This document shows positions 45,736 to 54,731 of a DNA stretch of 64,000 nt, piece by piece. The stretch spans positions 1,143 to 65,142 of the forward strand of contig CAMJTU010000017.1 of assembly GCA_946408825.1 (NCBI GenBank), written 5' to 3'. A model generated the notes under the pieces. It did no database searches. It had not been told where the DNA came from and saw only the letters and a list, made by a program, of their open reading frames with translations. The translations under genes and the position numbers were made by a program. This DNA comes from an uncultured Planctomycetaceae bacterium (GTDB lineage Bacteria; Planctomycetota; Planctomycetia; Pirellulales; Thermoguttaceae). Every line of letters starts with the position of its first letter. Position 1 is the stretch's first letter.

Positions 45736-46812
45736 CTACGGAAAGGTACGAAATCTTGTTGTCGTGAGGATCGCGTTTGTCACGAGAAATAGAATTCCCA
45801 ATGTCGCAAAAGGAGGATATATGTCTCGATACTCGGCGAAAGATCCAGCGTCAAATTTTGTTCGTTCAAGGGCGTCGATTTCTTCATAAACTTCTTTGAG
45901 TTTTTCGAGATCGCTGGCATAAAAGTAACGACCCCCTGTCGCATCGGCAATCATATGAAGAGTTTCGGGGTTAAAATCAAGCTCTTGTAGCGTCATAATA
46001 TGTTCGCCAGAAGGAAGATAACTCGGGAATGGAACAGGACCAGAGCTCCCAACTCCGATCGTATATACTTTGACGCCATAGGCTTGTGCTATCCTTACGC
46101 CTTCTTCAGGCGAAAGTTCTCCTGCTGTTTGCATACCGTCGGAAAGAAGTACGACGATTTTAGTTTTGGCAGGCGAATCCTTAACTCGATCAACAGCGGT
46201 TGCTAAAGCGTCGCCGATAGCGGTTCCTGATTCTTCGTCTAGGGTTTGCGTCCGAATCATAACGCCTCGACTATCGAAGAGCGGGACTGGCGTTTCAATT
46301 GTGTTTAGGAGTTCGATGAGCGACGCATGGTCGAGCGTTAATGGACAACAGGAATCGACGAACCCTCCAAACGCAATTAATCCGACGAGGTCGTTTGTCC
46401 TGCCTCGAAAATCTTTTGAACCTTCGATAAAATCCCGGAAAACTTTTTTGACAGCCATCAGACGAGTTACCGGTCTCCCGTCGAGTTCAAAATCTTCAGC
46501 TGCCATTGAGCCGCTACGGTCTACGCACATGACGATTGAGACCCCGTCGCCGACGATTCGCGAACGTTGAATACCATACTGCGGTCGTGCTAACGCGACG
46601 ACGACAAACGCCGCGCCGCAATAGACGAGGCATGGAAGAAATCGTTTGAATCTTGAAGCTAAACTCGCTGGAATTTCGTCTAGTCCAATCGTCGTAGAAA
46701 AGAGAACGGTCGCCTTGTTTCTACGAGTAAACGTCGAGTCAAGAATCGCCAAGATAAATAGCGGCACGAGCAGAATCAGCCAGTACGGCGAGGCAAATTG
46801 GAAAGAGTTCAT
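45736..46812 (-). CDS. batA: BatA-like vWA membrane protein
   Basis: 358 aa. The N-terminus is FQFASPYWLILLVPLFILAIL, the MIDAS motif is VMCVDRSGSM, LLSDGMQT follows, and there is a C-terminal TM segment. Confidence 0.8.
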   Translation of the reverse strand: MNSFQFASPYWLILLVPLFILAILDSTFTRRNKATVLFSTTIGLDEIPASLASRFKRFLPCLVYCGAAFVVVALARPQYGIQRSRIVGDGVSIVMCVDRSGSMAAEDFELDGRPVTRLMAVKKVFRDFIEGSKDFRGRTNDLVGLIAFGGFVDSCCPLTLDHASLIELLNTIETPVPLFDSRGVMIRTQTLDEESGTAIGDALATAVDRVKDSPAKTKIVVLLSDGMQTAGELSPEEGVRIAQAYGVKVYTIGVGSSGPVPFPSYLPSGEHIMTLQELDFNPETLHMIADATGGRYFYASDLEKLKEVYEEIDALERTKFDAGSFAEYRDIYPPFATLGILFLVTNAILTTTRFRTFP

Positions 46813-46860
46813 TTGAGTTCGACCTCGGAAGGCAAACGGGCGCGACGCGGCAGTGAATCG

Positions 46861-48150
46861 CTACCTTGCTGACAACTCGGAATCTACGACGGAATTAGGC
46901 CGGCCGTCTTTTGACATGTTCTCACTGTTCGCTATTTCTTGACGTAATTCGTCAAGACGTTTTACATAGGATGAAGAAGAACGCTCGACAATGTTATAAA
47001 CCATTTCGAAAATCTTAGTTGCGTCATTAAACGACGTGTCGCGCTTCGCAAATTTTATGAGGTCCAAATCTGTTAGGGCCGCCTCAATTTGCGAACTAAT
47101 GTCAGGCTCTTTAAGCGTAGCTACGGCTATCGCAACGTTCTGCGCCTCAAAAGTTTTTCCTGTACGCATGTCGCTGTTTATAGTCACGTCTTTTGGGGGA
47201 GTTGAGATAGGCCCTTCAAGAAACTCCAATATCTCATGCGTCGTCATTTCTTGTGCGTTCAATGGAAAGAGGGCCGCGAGATACTCGCGTAGTATCTCGT
47301 CTATTTCGTAGTAAAGACGTCGATCGTTCTCGAGGTAGGCTTGAGATTTTTTTAGCGCGTCGAGTTTTTGTTTCGCTCTTTCATAGGGAGATACTATTTG
47401 TAATTCTCTAGGTTTGATTTCGACTTTCTTCTTCGACAGGAGAAAATATAACGTTAGGACAAAAGCTATAATTAGAATCGCCACGACGACCAGTACGAGC
47501 ATTGGAGTTTTCCGGATTGGGGTCAAGTTAACTGCAATTTCATCGACTGATTTTAGAGACGTGTTAGACCCAGGAATTGTAAACTTTTGTTCGGGAATAA
47601 TCGCGACGACAGACTCTGTTTCAGACGAGTTAGACGATTTGACAGAAGAGAGCGCGATCGGAATGGGGGGAAGGACGAGTTCGCCGTGTCGAGTTGGATA
47701 GAGTCGCCAACGTCGCAACGTTGTGTTTGATTTTTCGTCGACGTCACGGGTTTCATCCCCCAAGAATTCGACGTTGAAATCGCCATAGATTCCTGCGAGA
47801 TCGTCTTCGTCAACAACGACGCCTTGAGGCTTTAGAAACTTGACAGAGAGATTAATTGGCTCGAAAGACGCCGTTTGCTCGGGAGAAACGCTTTTCTCAA
47901 CTTGAATTAATCCTAGCGACGATTCAATCGTCTGAACTGTTTCGAAGGTTTGCGATTCGTTGCCGTTTACGGTTGGAATCGACTTGTTAAACAGAGTTAT
48001 AACAATGAAAATCGCCGAGAGAACCACTACGATGTAGACGGCGTGATAAGGTCGTTGCGCTGAGTCTGAACAGAAGGAAATCCGGCGTGACATGGATGAT
48101 TTTGAGATTGAATTGATGGAGCAGGATTTAAACAATAAACGGTCACGCAA
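46861..48150 (-). CDS. Membrane protein with a BatD-like N-terminal half and a DUF4381-like C-terminal half
   Basis: 429 aa with two TM segments. After the second TM, SPYERAKQKLDALKK...YYEIDEILREYLAALF...TTHEILEFL fits the DUF4381 pattern found between DUF58 and BatA. The TTG start abuts the DUF58 stop, and ATG 48093 is an alternative. Confidence 0.5.
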   Translation of the reverse strand: MRDRLLFKSCSINSISKSSMSRRISFCSDSAQRPYHAVYIVVVLSAIFIVITLFNKSIPTVNGNESQTFETVQTIESSLGLIQVEKSVSPEQTASFEPINLSVKFLKPQGVVVDEDDLAGIYGDFNVEFLGDETRDVDEKSNTTLRRWRLYPTRHGELVLPPIPIALSSVKSSNSSETESVVAIIPEQKFTIPGSNTSLKSVDEIAVNLTPIRKTPMLVLVVVAILIIAFVLTLYFLLSKKKVEIKPRELQIVSPYERAKQKLDALKKSQAYLENDRRLYYEIDEILREYLAALFPLNAQEMTTHEILEFLEGPISTPPKDVTINSDMRTGKTFEAQNVAIAVATLKEPDISSQIEAALTDLDLIKFAKRDTSFNDATKIFEMVYNIVERSSSSYVKRLDELRQEIANSENMSKDGRPNSVVDSELSAR

Positions 48151-49113
48151 TTATCGCCGCCGTCGATTTCCGAAAAACGTCCTTAGTGATCGCACGTAAT
48201 CGCCGCCGTTTTCAATGGCGACTAGATCGACGCACGCTTCTTTGAGATTTACCTCAACTTTTTCCCGTTGACGTTTCAATTTTTCCGAGATTGATTGACG
48301 AATTCGTTTGGAGCCCGCGTCTAACTCGATTGTCGCGCCAGTTTCTGGATTGCGAAGCGTAACAAACCCGAGGTTTGGGAAAGCGTTTTCTAGCGGTTCT
48401 GTAATAGAAAGCGCAATGACGTCGTGTCTACGTTTACAACGCGCGAGCGTTTCAGAGAAACTAGGAACGTAAAAATCGCTGATAATGAAAATAACGGCAC
48501 GGCGTTTCAACGTCTTGTTTATATATTCTAACGTCGAATTGAGATCCGTTATTTCTTTTCTCGGCGTCGCCAGGAGCATTTCTCGGACGAGCTTTAAAAC
48601 GTAATTGCGTCCCTTACGAGGGGGAAAGTAGTCGTGTACGCCGTTTGCGAAAGTCGCGAGTCCGATTTTGTCGTTATTTTTAAGCGCCGAAAACATTAGG
48701 CAAGCGGCGACTTCTGTCGCCGTTTCAAGACGAGAAGCTTTAGAACCAAACAGGTTAGAAGCGGAAACGTCCAGTAAGAAGAGTACGGAACGCTCCCGTT
48801 CTTCCGAAAAACGTTTGACATACGGTTTATTCGACCGCGCCGTGACATTCCAGTCAATCATACGAACGTCGTCGCCTTCAGCGTATTCTCGTACTTCGTC
48901 GAATTCGACCCCTTGACCTCGAAACGCGCTACGATATTGTCCGCTAAAGACGTCGTCGGCAATATGGTTAGAGATAATATCTATACGTTTGATCCTACGA
49001 AGTATCGACTCAATCTTGTTTTTTTCCGTTTCGTCAACGGCTAACTTTATATGTCGATTTCGTCGATTTACGATTGCGGTTAGGAAACAGTCGCCCTTTT
49101 TTTCAGTCGTCAT
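48151..49113 (-). CDS. DUF58-domain protein (MoxR partner)
   Basis: 320 aa with FRGQGVEFDEVREYAEGDDVRMIDWNVTARSNKPYVKRFSEERE, the DUF58 signature. Confidence 0.85.
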   Translation of the reverse strand: MTTEKKGDCFLTAIVNRRNRHIKLAVDETEKNKIESILRRIKRIDIISNHIADDVFSGQYRSAFRGQGVEFDEVREYAEGDDVRMIDWNVTARSNKPYVKRFSEERERSVLFLLDVSASNLFGSKASRLETATEVAACLMFSALKNNDKIGLATFANGVHDYFPPRKGRNYVLKLVREMLLATPRKEITDLNSTLEYINKTLKRRAVIFIISDFYVPSFSETLARCKRRHDVIALSITEPLENAFPNLGFVTLRNPETGATIELDAGSKRIRQSISEKLKRQREKVEVNLKEACVDLVAIENGGDYVRSLRTFFGNRRRR

Positions 49114-49161
49114 CTTTATGCCAAGTTGTTTTTCAAAGAATGCCCGATGTGTTAAAAAGCG

Positions 49162-50151
49162 TTATGGAACGGGTACCACGTCGAGAATTCTGGAAATGAC
49201 GTCTTCGGCGGTAATATCGTCAGCTTCCGCCTCATAGGTCAATACGATTCTATGACGCAACGCGTCATAGGCGAGATCTTTGACGTCTTGTGGGGTGACA
49301 TATCCACGACCGGCGAGTAGCGCGAGCGCTTTAGCTCCTTTACCCAAGCATAGCGAAGCGCGTGGCGACGCGCCGAATTCTATTGCGCGTTTTAATTCTG
49401 CAAGTCCATGAATTTCTGGGTTTCGCGTTGTTCTTACTACGTCGACAATATAGTCGCGGACACTGGGGTCAAGATAGATTTTTTCGACGTCTTCTTGTAT
49501 TTCGACAATGTCGCTCGCTTTGAGAACGGGACGGGGCGTGTCGGCAAAGTTCTTCATACCTCGATCAAAGACGATTTTTTCTTCATCAAGCGACGGATAA
49601 TCGATCTTAACCTTAAGCATAAAACGGTCGATCTGCGCTTCAGGGAGAGGGTAGACGCCTTCTTGTTCGATAGGGTTTTGGGTCGCTAAAACCAGAAAAG
49701 GCGCGTCAAGCGACCAAGTCCTTTCGCCAATTGTAACCTGCCGTTCCTGCATCGCTTCTAAGAGCGCAGATTGGACTTTAGACGGCGCGCGGTTGATTTC
49801 GTCAGCGAGTACGAAATTAGCGAAGATTGGACCTTTACGCGTTTGGAACGTTCCTTGAGACGGAACGTAGATCATCGTTCCTATCAAATCTGCCGGTAGA
49901 ACGTCCGGAGTGAATTGGATTCGTTGAAATCGCGCGTCAAGCGCGACGGCTAAAGAACGAATTGCCGTTGTCTTCGCGAGTCCTGGAACCCCCTCAAGGA
50001 GAACATGACCTCCGGTAAGGACGCCGACGAGGAGTCGCGAAATCATTTTCTCTTGACCTACGACGACGCGGCCAATTTCTGAACGGAGACGATCGATCTG
50101 CTCTTTGCGTTTGCTGACGACGTCTGCTGACAATAGCGATTCTTGCGACAT
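49162..50151 (-). CDS. moxR: MoxR-family AAA+ ATPase
   Basis: 329 aa with Walker A LLEGVPGLAKT and Walker B FVLADEINRAPSKVQSALLEAMQE. Confidence 0.9.
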   Translation of the reverse strand: MSQESLLSADVVSKRKEQIDRLRSEIGRVVVGQEKMISRLLVGVLTGGHVLLEGVPGLAKTTAIRSLAVALDARFQRIQFTPDVLPADLIGTMIYVPSQGTFQTRKGPIFANFVLADEINRAPSKVQSALLEAMQERQVTIGERTWSLDAPFLVLATQNPIEQEGVYPLPEAQIDRFMLKVKIDYPSLDEEKIVFDRGMKNFADTPRPVLKASDIVEIQEDVEKIYLDPSVRDYIVDVVRTTRNPEIHGLAELKRAIEFGASPRASLCLGKGAKALALLAGRGYVTPQDVKDLAYDALRHRIVLTYEAEADDITAEDVISRILDVVPVP

Positions 50152-50346
50152 GGTTTAACCTACCGTTATATTTATGATTTAAATTAAATGGATTGAATGG
50201 CGAAGGTCGTGTGTTACGTTCTTTCTCCGAAAGAGTTGCCTCTCGCGGGGAAATCTTTTTTAGAAAAGGATAAATTACTCCTAAAACGGCGCTTCGAAGA
50301 AACGAATTCTTTACGAGATATGAACGTGAACGAATGTCGGCAGAAG

Positions 50347-50913
50347 CTAAGATTGCTCATCGACGAAACAATTGGGGGCGCCGCGATTTTGCAAGCAGAT
50401 ATCCAACTCGTCAAGTCTACAAATCCATCCTCGACAGAGAGGCGAACCGCATTTACAGGGGATTGCAAATTGCCAACTCCAGCCATAGTCGATTGTGAGT
50501 TCTTCACCTTTCTGAACGTCACGCAAGGCGTGGAGCCATAGTTCAAAGGTTTTCTGTGATTTTGGCGCTTCGCCTAAGACAGACTCGAACTGATCTTCGA
50601 TCTCCCATTCAATAAACTCACAGTTCGGATCGCAACTGTGATTCAGGAATCGATACGGTTCGTTCGGTTCGAGAACGGCTCCCGCAAATTCTACGCAGTA
50701 ACAAGACCTGAAATCAACGGGTTTTAGGTCGCCAAGAACGCGTCCAACGGCACGTCCACGTTTAACAGGCGCGTCTGCGAAAACGCCAAGCCCTCGCCCC
50801 TCTGTTTCTGCTACATGAACACGGTTAAAACGCACATGCCGTGAAGAGAAGGGTGGAATTGGATCGATGCGGCGGGGGCGCTTTTGCGGGACGTCTGTGT
50901 CATTTGTCGTCAT
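50347..50913 (-). CDS. SET-domain protein methyltransferase
   Basis: ATG 50913 gives 188 aa with GRGLGVFA, RFLNHSCDPNCEF, GEELTIDYG and CKCGSPLCRGW. The upstream part of the track ORF overlaps the regulator gene. Confidence 0.85.
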   Translation of the reverse strand: MTTNDTDVPQKRPRRIDPIPPFSSRHVRFNRVHVAETEGRGLGVFADAPVKRGRAVGRVLGDLKPVDFRSCYCVEFAGAVLEPNEPYRFLNHSCDPNCEFIEWEIEDQFESVLGEAPKSQKTFELWLHALRDVQKGEELTIDYGWSWQFAIPCKCGSPLCRGWICRLDELDICLQNRGAPNCFVDEQS

Positions 50914-52441
50914 GTTGGACGCCCTGTTCGTTTTCCTGTGAGAATTCTTTGAGACGACGGTAAAGGGTTCTCTCGCCGACGCCCAACATTTTTGCTGTTT
51001 CTTCTCGATTTCCACCGGTAGAACGGAGCGTTTCCTGTATAAAAAGGCGCGTCAGAGTTTCGAGGGTAAGACCGACGAACGGCTTTAGCGATTTTTCTTT
51101 ATCGGGCGAAGGACTGAAAATCACGCCCTTGGGATTCCCTTTTTTGAAGTCGCCGTTTTCGGAAGTGGTTTTGTCGTCTAAGTCTTCGTCTTTGGACTGA
51201 TTGGAGTCTGGATAATTATCGGAAGGGGTGGCTGAGAGGATGTACTCGGGGAGATCGTCTTCATCGATTAAGCCGTCAATATCGACGACAACCATGCTTT
51301 CTACGGCGTTACGTAACTGGCGGACGTTTCCTGGCCAGTCGTACATGAGAAGACGGCGTCTGACGGAAGCGGAAAAACCTCGTATTTCTTTATCATACCT
51401 CTTCATGAATATTTTGACGAAGTGGTCGATAAGGATAGGGATATCTTCATTACGTTCCTTAAGACTTGGCAAGCGCAATGTCACTACGTTGATTCGATGG
51501 TACAGATCGAGACGGAACTCGCCGTTCTTAACCGCTTCTTCTAAATTTCGGTTTGTTGCCGAAACAAGACGAACATTGACTTTAATTGCTTTGTTAGAGC
51601 CAACGGGCGTGATTTCGCCGCTTTCAAGAACTCGAAGCAACTTGACCTGTGTTGCAATGGGCATGTCGCCGACTTCATCGAGAAAGAGAGTTCCTCCATT
51701 GGCATACTCAAATTTCCCGACATGGTCTCCAGACGCGTCGGTAAACGCGCCTTTAACATGGCCAAATAACTCGCTTTCTAAAAGGTTTTCGCTTAAAGCG
51801 GCGCAGTTTAACGCCACAAAAGGCTTGTTTTTGCGAGGACTATTATGATGTAACGCCTGAGCAAAAAGTTCTTTACCCGTTCCTGTATCGCCTAGGATGA
51901 GCACTGTCGCATCGGTGGGGGCGATTCGTTTAAGCCGCTCGATTGCATTGAGCATGACGGGACTACTTCCGACGACTCCGTCAAACCCAAATTTTTCATC
52001 AAGACGAGCTTTGAGTTGGAGATTGTCGCGTCGTAATCGCGCGGAATCGCCAGCCTTTTGAACTATTGATCGTAGTTGTTTCAGATCGAGTGGTTTTTGA
52101 AGATAGTTAAACGCGCCTTGAAGCATTGCCTCGACGGCAGTTTCAACACCGTTAAAGGCAGTCATGAGAACGACTTCTGTATCGGGCGTTTCCTGTTTGA
52201 CCGCTTTGAGTAAATCCAATCCGCCTTCGTTGGTTTCGAGCATCAGATCCGTGACAACGACGTCGAAAGACTGGCGCTTTATAATTTCTTTAGCTTCCTT
52301 TTCGGAGTGCGCGATAACGCATTGGGCGTTAACTCGCTCTAAACTCGCGGCGACAACCTCGGCATGCGCTGGTTCGTCGTCGACAACGAGAACGTTCAAG
52401 GGTTCATCCGACGCTGTACTATCTTCTTTTGACTTGGCCAA
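50900..52441 (-). CDS. Sigma-54-dependent response regulator (NtrC family: REC-AAA+-Fis HTH)
   Basis: 513 aa. The REC domain has VLVVDDE and VVVTDLML. The AAA+ domain has Walker A GDTGTGKE and the GAFTGA-type loop GAFTDA. The C-terminal HTH is AKMLGVGERTLYRRLKEF. Confidence 0.9.
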   Translation of the reverse strand: MAKSKEDSTASDEPLNVLVVDDEPAHAEVVAASLERVNAQCVIAHSEKEAKEIIKRQSFDVVVTDLMLETNEGGLDLLKAVKQETPDTEVVLMTAFNGVETAVEAMLQGAFNYLQKPLDLKQLRSIVQKAGDSARLRRDNLQLKARLDEKFGFDGVVGSSPVMLNAIERLKRIAPTDATVLILGDTGTGKELFAQALHHNSPRKNKPFVALNCAALSENLLESELFGHVKGAFTDASGDHVGKFEYANGGTLFLDEVGDMPIATQVKLLRVLESGEITPVGSNKAIKVNVRLVSATNRNLEEAVKNGEFRLDLYHRINVVTLRLPSLKERNEDIPILIDHFVKIFMKRYDKEIRGFSASVRRRLLMYDWPGNVRQLRNAVESMVVVDIDGLIDEDDLPEYILSATPSDNYPDSNQSKDEDLDDKTTSENGDFKKGNPKGVIFSPSPDKEKSLKPFVGLTLETLTRLFIQETLRSTGGNREETAKMLGVGERTLYRRLKEFSQENEQGVQHDDK

Positions 52442-52725
52442 GACCGCCTCCTGATTCTCTAACTTACCGCGATAACGCCCTTCATTTTACGTTTCTGAGC
52501 GTCGCCTACGTTGCAGCTATTATTGTATCGTTTTTTTTTTTTGCGTCTAACCCCGAAAAGACGACGTCCCCGTTATGATCTGCATAAACGATGGATAGTC
52601 TCGCGAATTATGGAAAATCAAGATGAGTTGACCCAATGAGATAAAGCGCTAAAATCGAGAGGAGCGTCGGCGTCGGCGCGCTTTGTCGTTTTAAACCCAG
52701 GAGGTGGCTCTTTTCCACGTTTACG

Positions 52726-54162
52726 ATGTTAGTCGTATTTATCGTAAGTTTTTCCGTCGCGCTAGTCGTTTCTGCGATGTGTTCGATCGCCGAATCTGTT
52801 CTTATGAGTCTTTCGACTGCGGAACTAGTCGAGATTTCAAGGAAAAACGCTGGAATAGGTAAAATTTGGGAGGATTTTAAGAGCGACGTAAACGCGCCGA
52901 TTACGGCGATTCTTACGCTCAACACAGCCGCTCATACTATAGGAGCCTCTTTCGCTGGCGCGTCGTTTGCACAACTTACAGGCGACAAGTGGATAGGAGC
53001 GTTCTCAGTTGTCTTTACCTTCTTAATGCTCCAGTTCACTGAGATTCTTCCTAAAACTCTTGGGGTTCGTTTCAGACGTAGTCTTGCCCACGTTATCGCC
53101 TACCCGTTGTATTGGATAACCTATCTTTCTCAACCGCTTTTCTACCTCTTTCGGATTCTGAATCTCCCCTTCGAGTCTAAGATTGAAAAGAGCGCGTCTT
53201 CTTCGTTAGGCGCAGTTCAAGAAATCATGTTGCTCACTTCCCTCGCCAGAAGTCGTTCCCAGTTAGACACCGAACAGGAAAAGATTATTCTAGCGACGTT
53301 AAAATTATCTCAAACGAAGGCGGAAGACGTCATGGTTCCTATCTCAGACGTTTCTATGCTTTCTGAAAGCATGTCCATCTCTGATGCGTTGGAAGTTGGC
53401 AAAAATGATTCTCACACTCGTTTTCCTGTCTACTATAAAGACGATCCAACAATCATTATTGGTTACGTGAATATCAAAGAACTGATAGGACGAGAGATAT
53501 GGTCGACGTCTGAAGACGGCAGGAACGTTCGTGGCAGCGGTGGATTAGCGAGTTGTTTGCGTAAGATTATTCGGGTGGAACCGACTGCTAAAACGTCTGA
53601 CGTACTCAACATTCTTGTAAAACAGCACGAACATATTGCCGTAGTTGTTAGTTCGGTCGAGCAGAAGAACTTAGGAATTCTTACGTTAGAGGATTTGGTC
53701 GAAGAACTCGTCGGCGAAATTGAGGACGAATTTGATCGTCTCCCAGAAACTACTCATCTTTCGCAAAGTTATGTTCGCGTTGGCGGCGGCGCGCCCGTGT
53801 CGTCAGTCATGCAGAGTGTTGCCAAAGTTTTTCCAAGAGAGTCGCAGGAACTGCTTAAAGAACTTTCAAAGACAGACGTTAATCAACGTTTTACAAGGTG
53901 GTTTGAGACTGTTCATCCTTCAGGCGTTGCAAGAAATGATCGGCTTGACTTTGGCGAACTTGCCGTCTGGGTGCGACGTGCTCGCCGCGATCAAGTTTTT
54001 GACGCGCAAATCCAGAGGGCAGTTTCAGTTGCCCCTCGCATTAGCGTTTTTCCTGCTGAAAGCGTTGCCGATAAAGTCTCTGTATCCTCTGAACATGGCT
54101 TGGCAACGATCCCCGATTCGGATTCGCGTCCGACTGAAAGCGACTCTGCCGTTGGATTCTAA
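52726..54162 (+). CDS. CNNM/CorB-HlyC family transporter (DUF21-CBS pair-CorC_HlyC-like)
   Basis: 478 aa. The N-terminal 4 TM segments carry SIAESVLMSL, CBS-like segments include DVMVPISDVSML, and the C-terminal domain is transporter-associated-like. Confidence 0.8.
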   Translation: MLVVFIVSFSVALVVSAMCSIAESVLMSLSTAELVEISRKNAGIGKIWEDFKSDVNAPITAILTLNTAAHTIGASFAGASFAQLTGDKWIGAFSVVFTFLMLQFTEILPKTLGVRFRRSLAHVIAYPLYWITYLSQPLFYLFRILNLPFESKIEKSASSSLGAVQEIMLLTSLARSRSQLDTEQEKIILATLKLSQTKAEDVMVPISDVSMLSESMSISDALEVGKNDSHTRFPVYYKDDPTIIIGYVNIKELIGREIWSTSEDGRNVRGSGGLASCLRKIIRVEPTAKTSDVLNILVKQHEHIAVVVSSVEQKNLGILTLEDLVEELVGEIEDEFDRLPETTHLSQSYVRVGGGAPVSSVMQSVAKVFPRESQELLKELSKTDVNQRFTRWFETVHPSGVARNDRLDFGELAVWVRRARRDQVFDAQIQRAVSVAPRISVFPAESVADKVSVSSEHGLATIPDSDSRPTESDSAVGF

Positions 54163-54731
54163 TTGATCGAGTAGTCTGGCAGGTTCATATGTTTAATTTC
54201 TATTTAAACGTTGGCGTCGATTTGTTTTATGACGTTGACTTAAATGTTCGCTGTTTCTTGACAAATCACAGTTGCGGGGATTCTTTATTTGACTTTTCTC
54301 ATCGCCTTGCATTGTAACGCGCGTTTCTCTAAAGGAACGTATTTTTCGTCCAAACAGTCCGAAGTAGAGAACAGCTTCAAAATATATAAACTAGCCGGTG
54401 GGTTTAAGTTGAATACAGCTTTGTGGCGCCCCCGCCGACTAATACTCCTAGAAGACAAATGTTGGGAAAAAGAATTTTTTCATAAAAAAAGTTTTTTTTA
54501 TTGTATTTGTATTTTTTTCGTGTAAGCTGTATGGGAAAGCTGGGCGAAGCTCTACGTTTTTCAGGAACGGCGCGTTCTTGATCGTAGATTGTTAGTTTCT
54601 TCAGCGACATGGATGGGACCGCCATATGGATATGGCGGGGCGGCACGGCTCCGTAGCAGAGACTACGGCATTGCAAACTATGACGGTAATGCGTTACAGT
54701 TAGGCGACGTTGTTTTTAAGGCTCTTTATTT

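Noticed and set aside
54289-54676. Two overlapping ORFs (78 aa on the plus strand, 90 aa on the minus strand) in the 569-bp intergenic interval.
   Set aside because: They run through A/T homopolymers and hairpin-rich sequence, have no RBS and give implausible products. The region is treated as non-coding (see findings).
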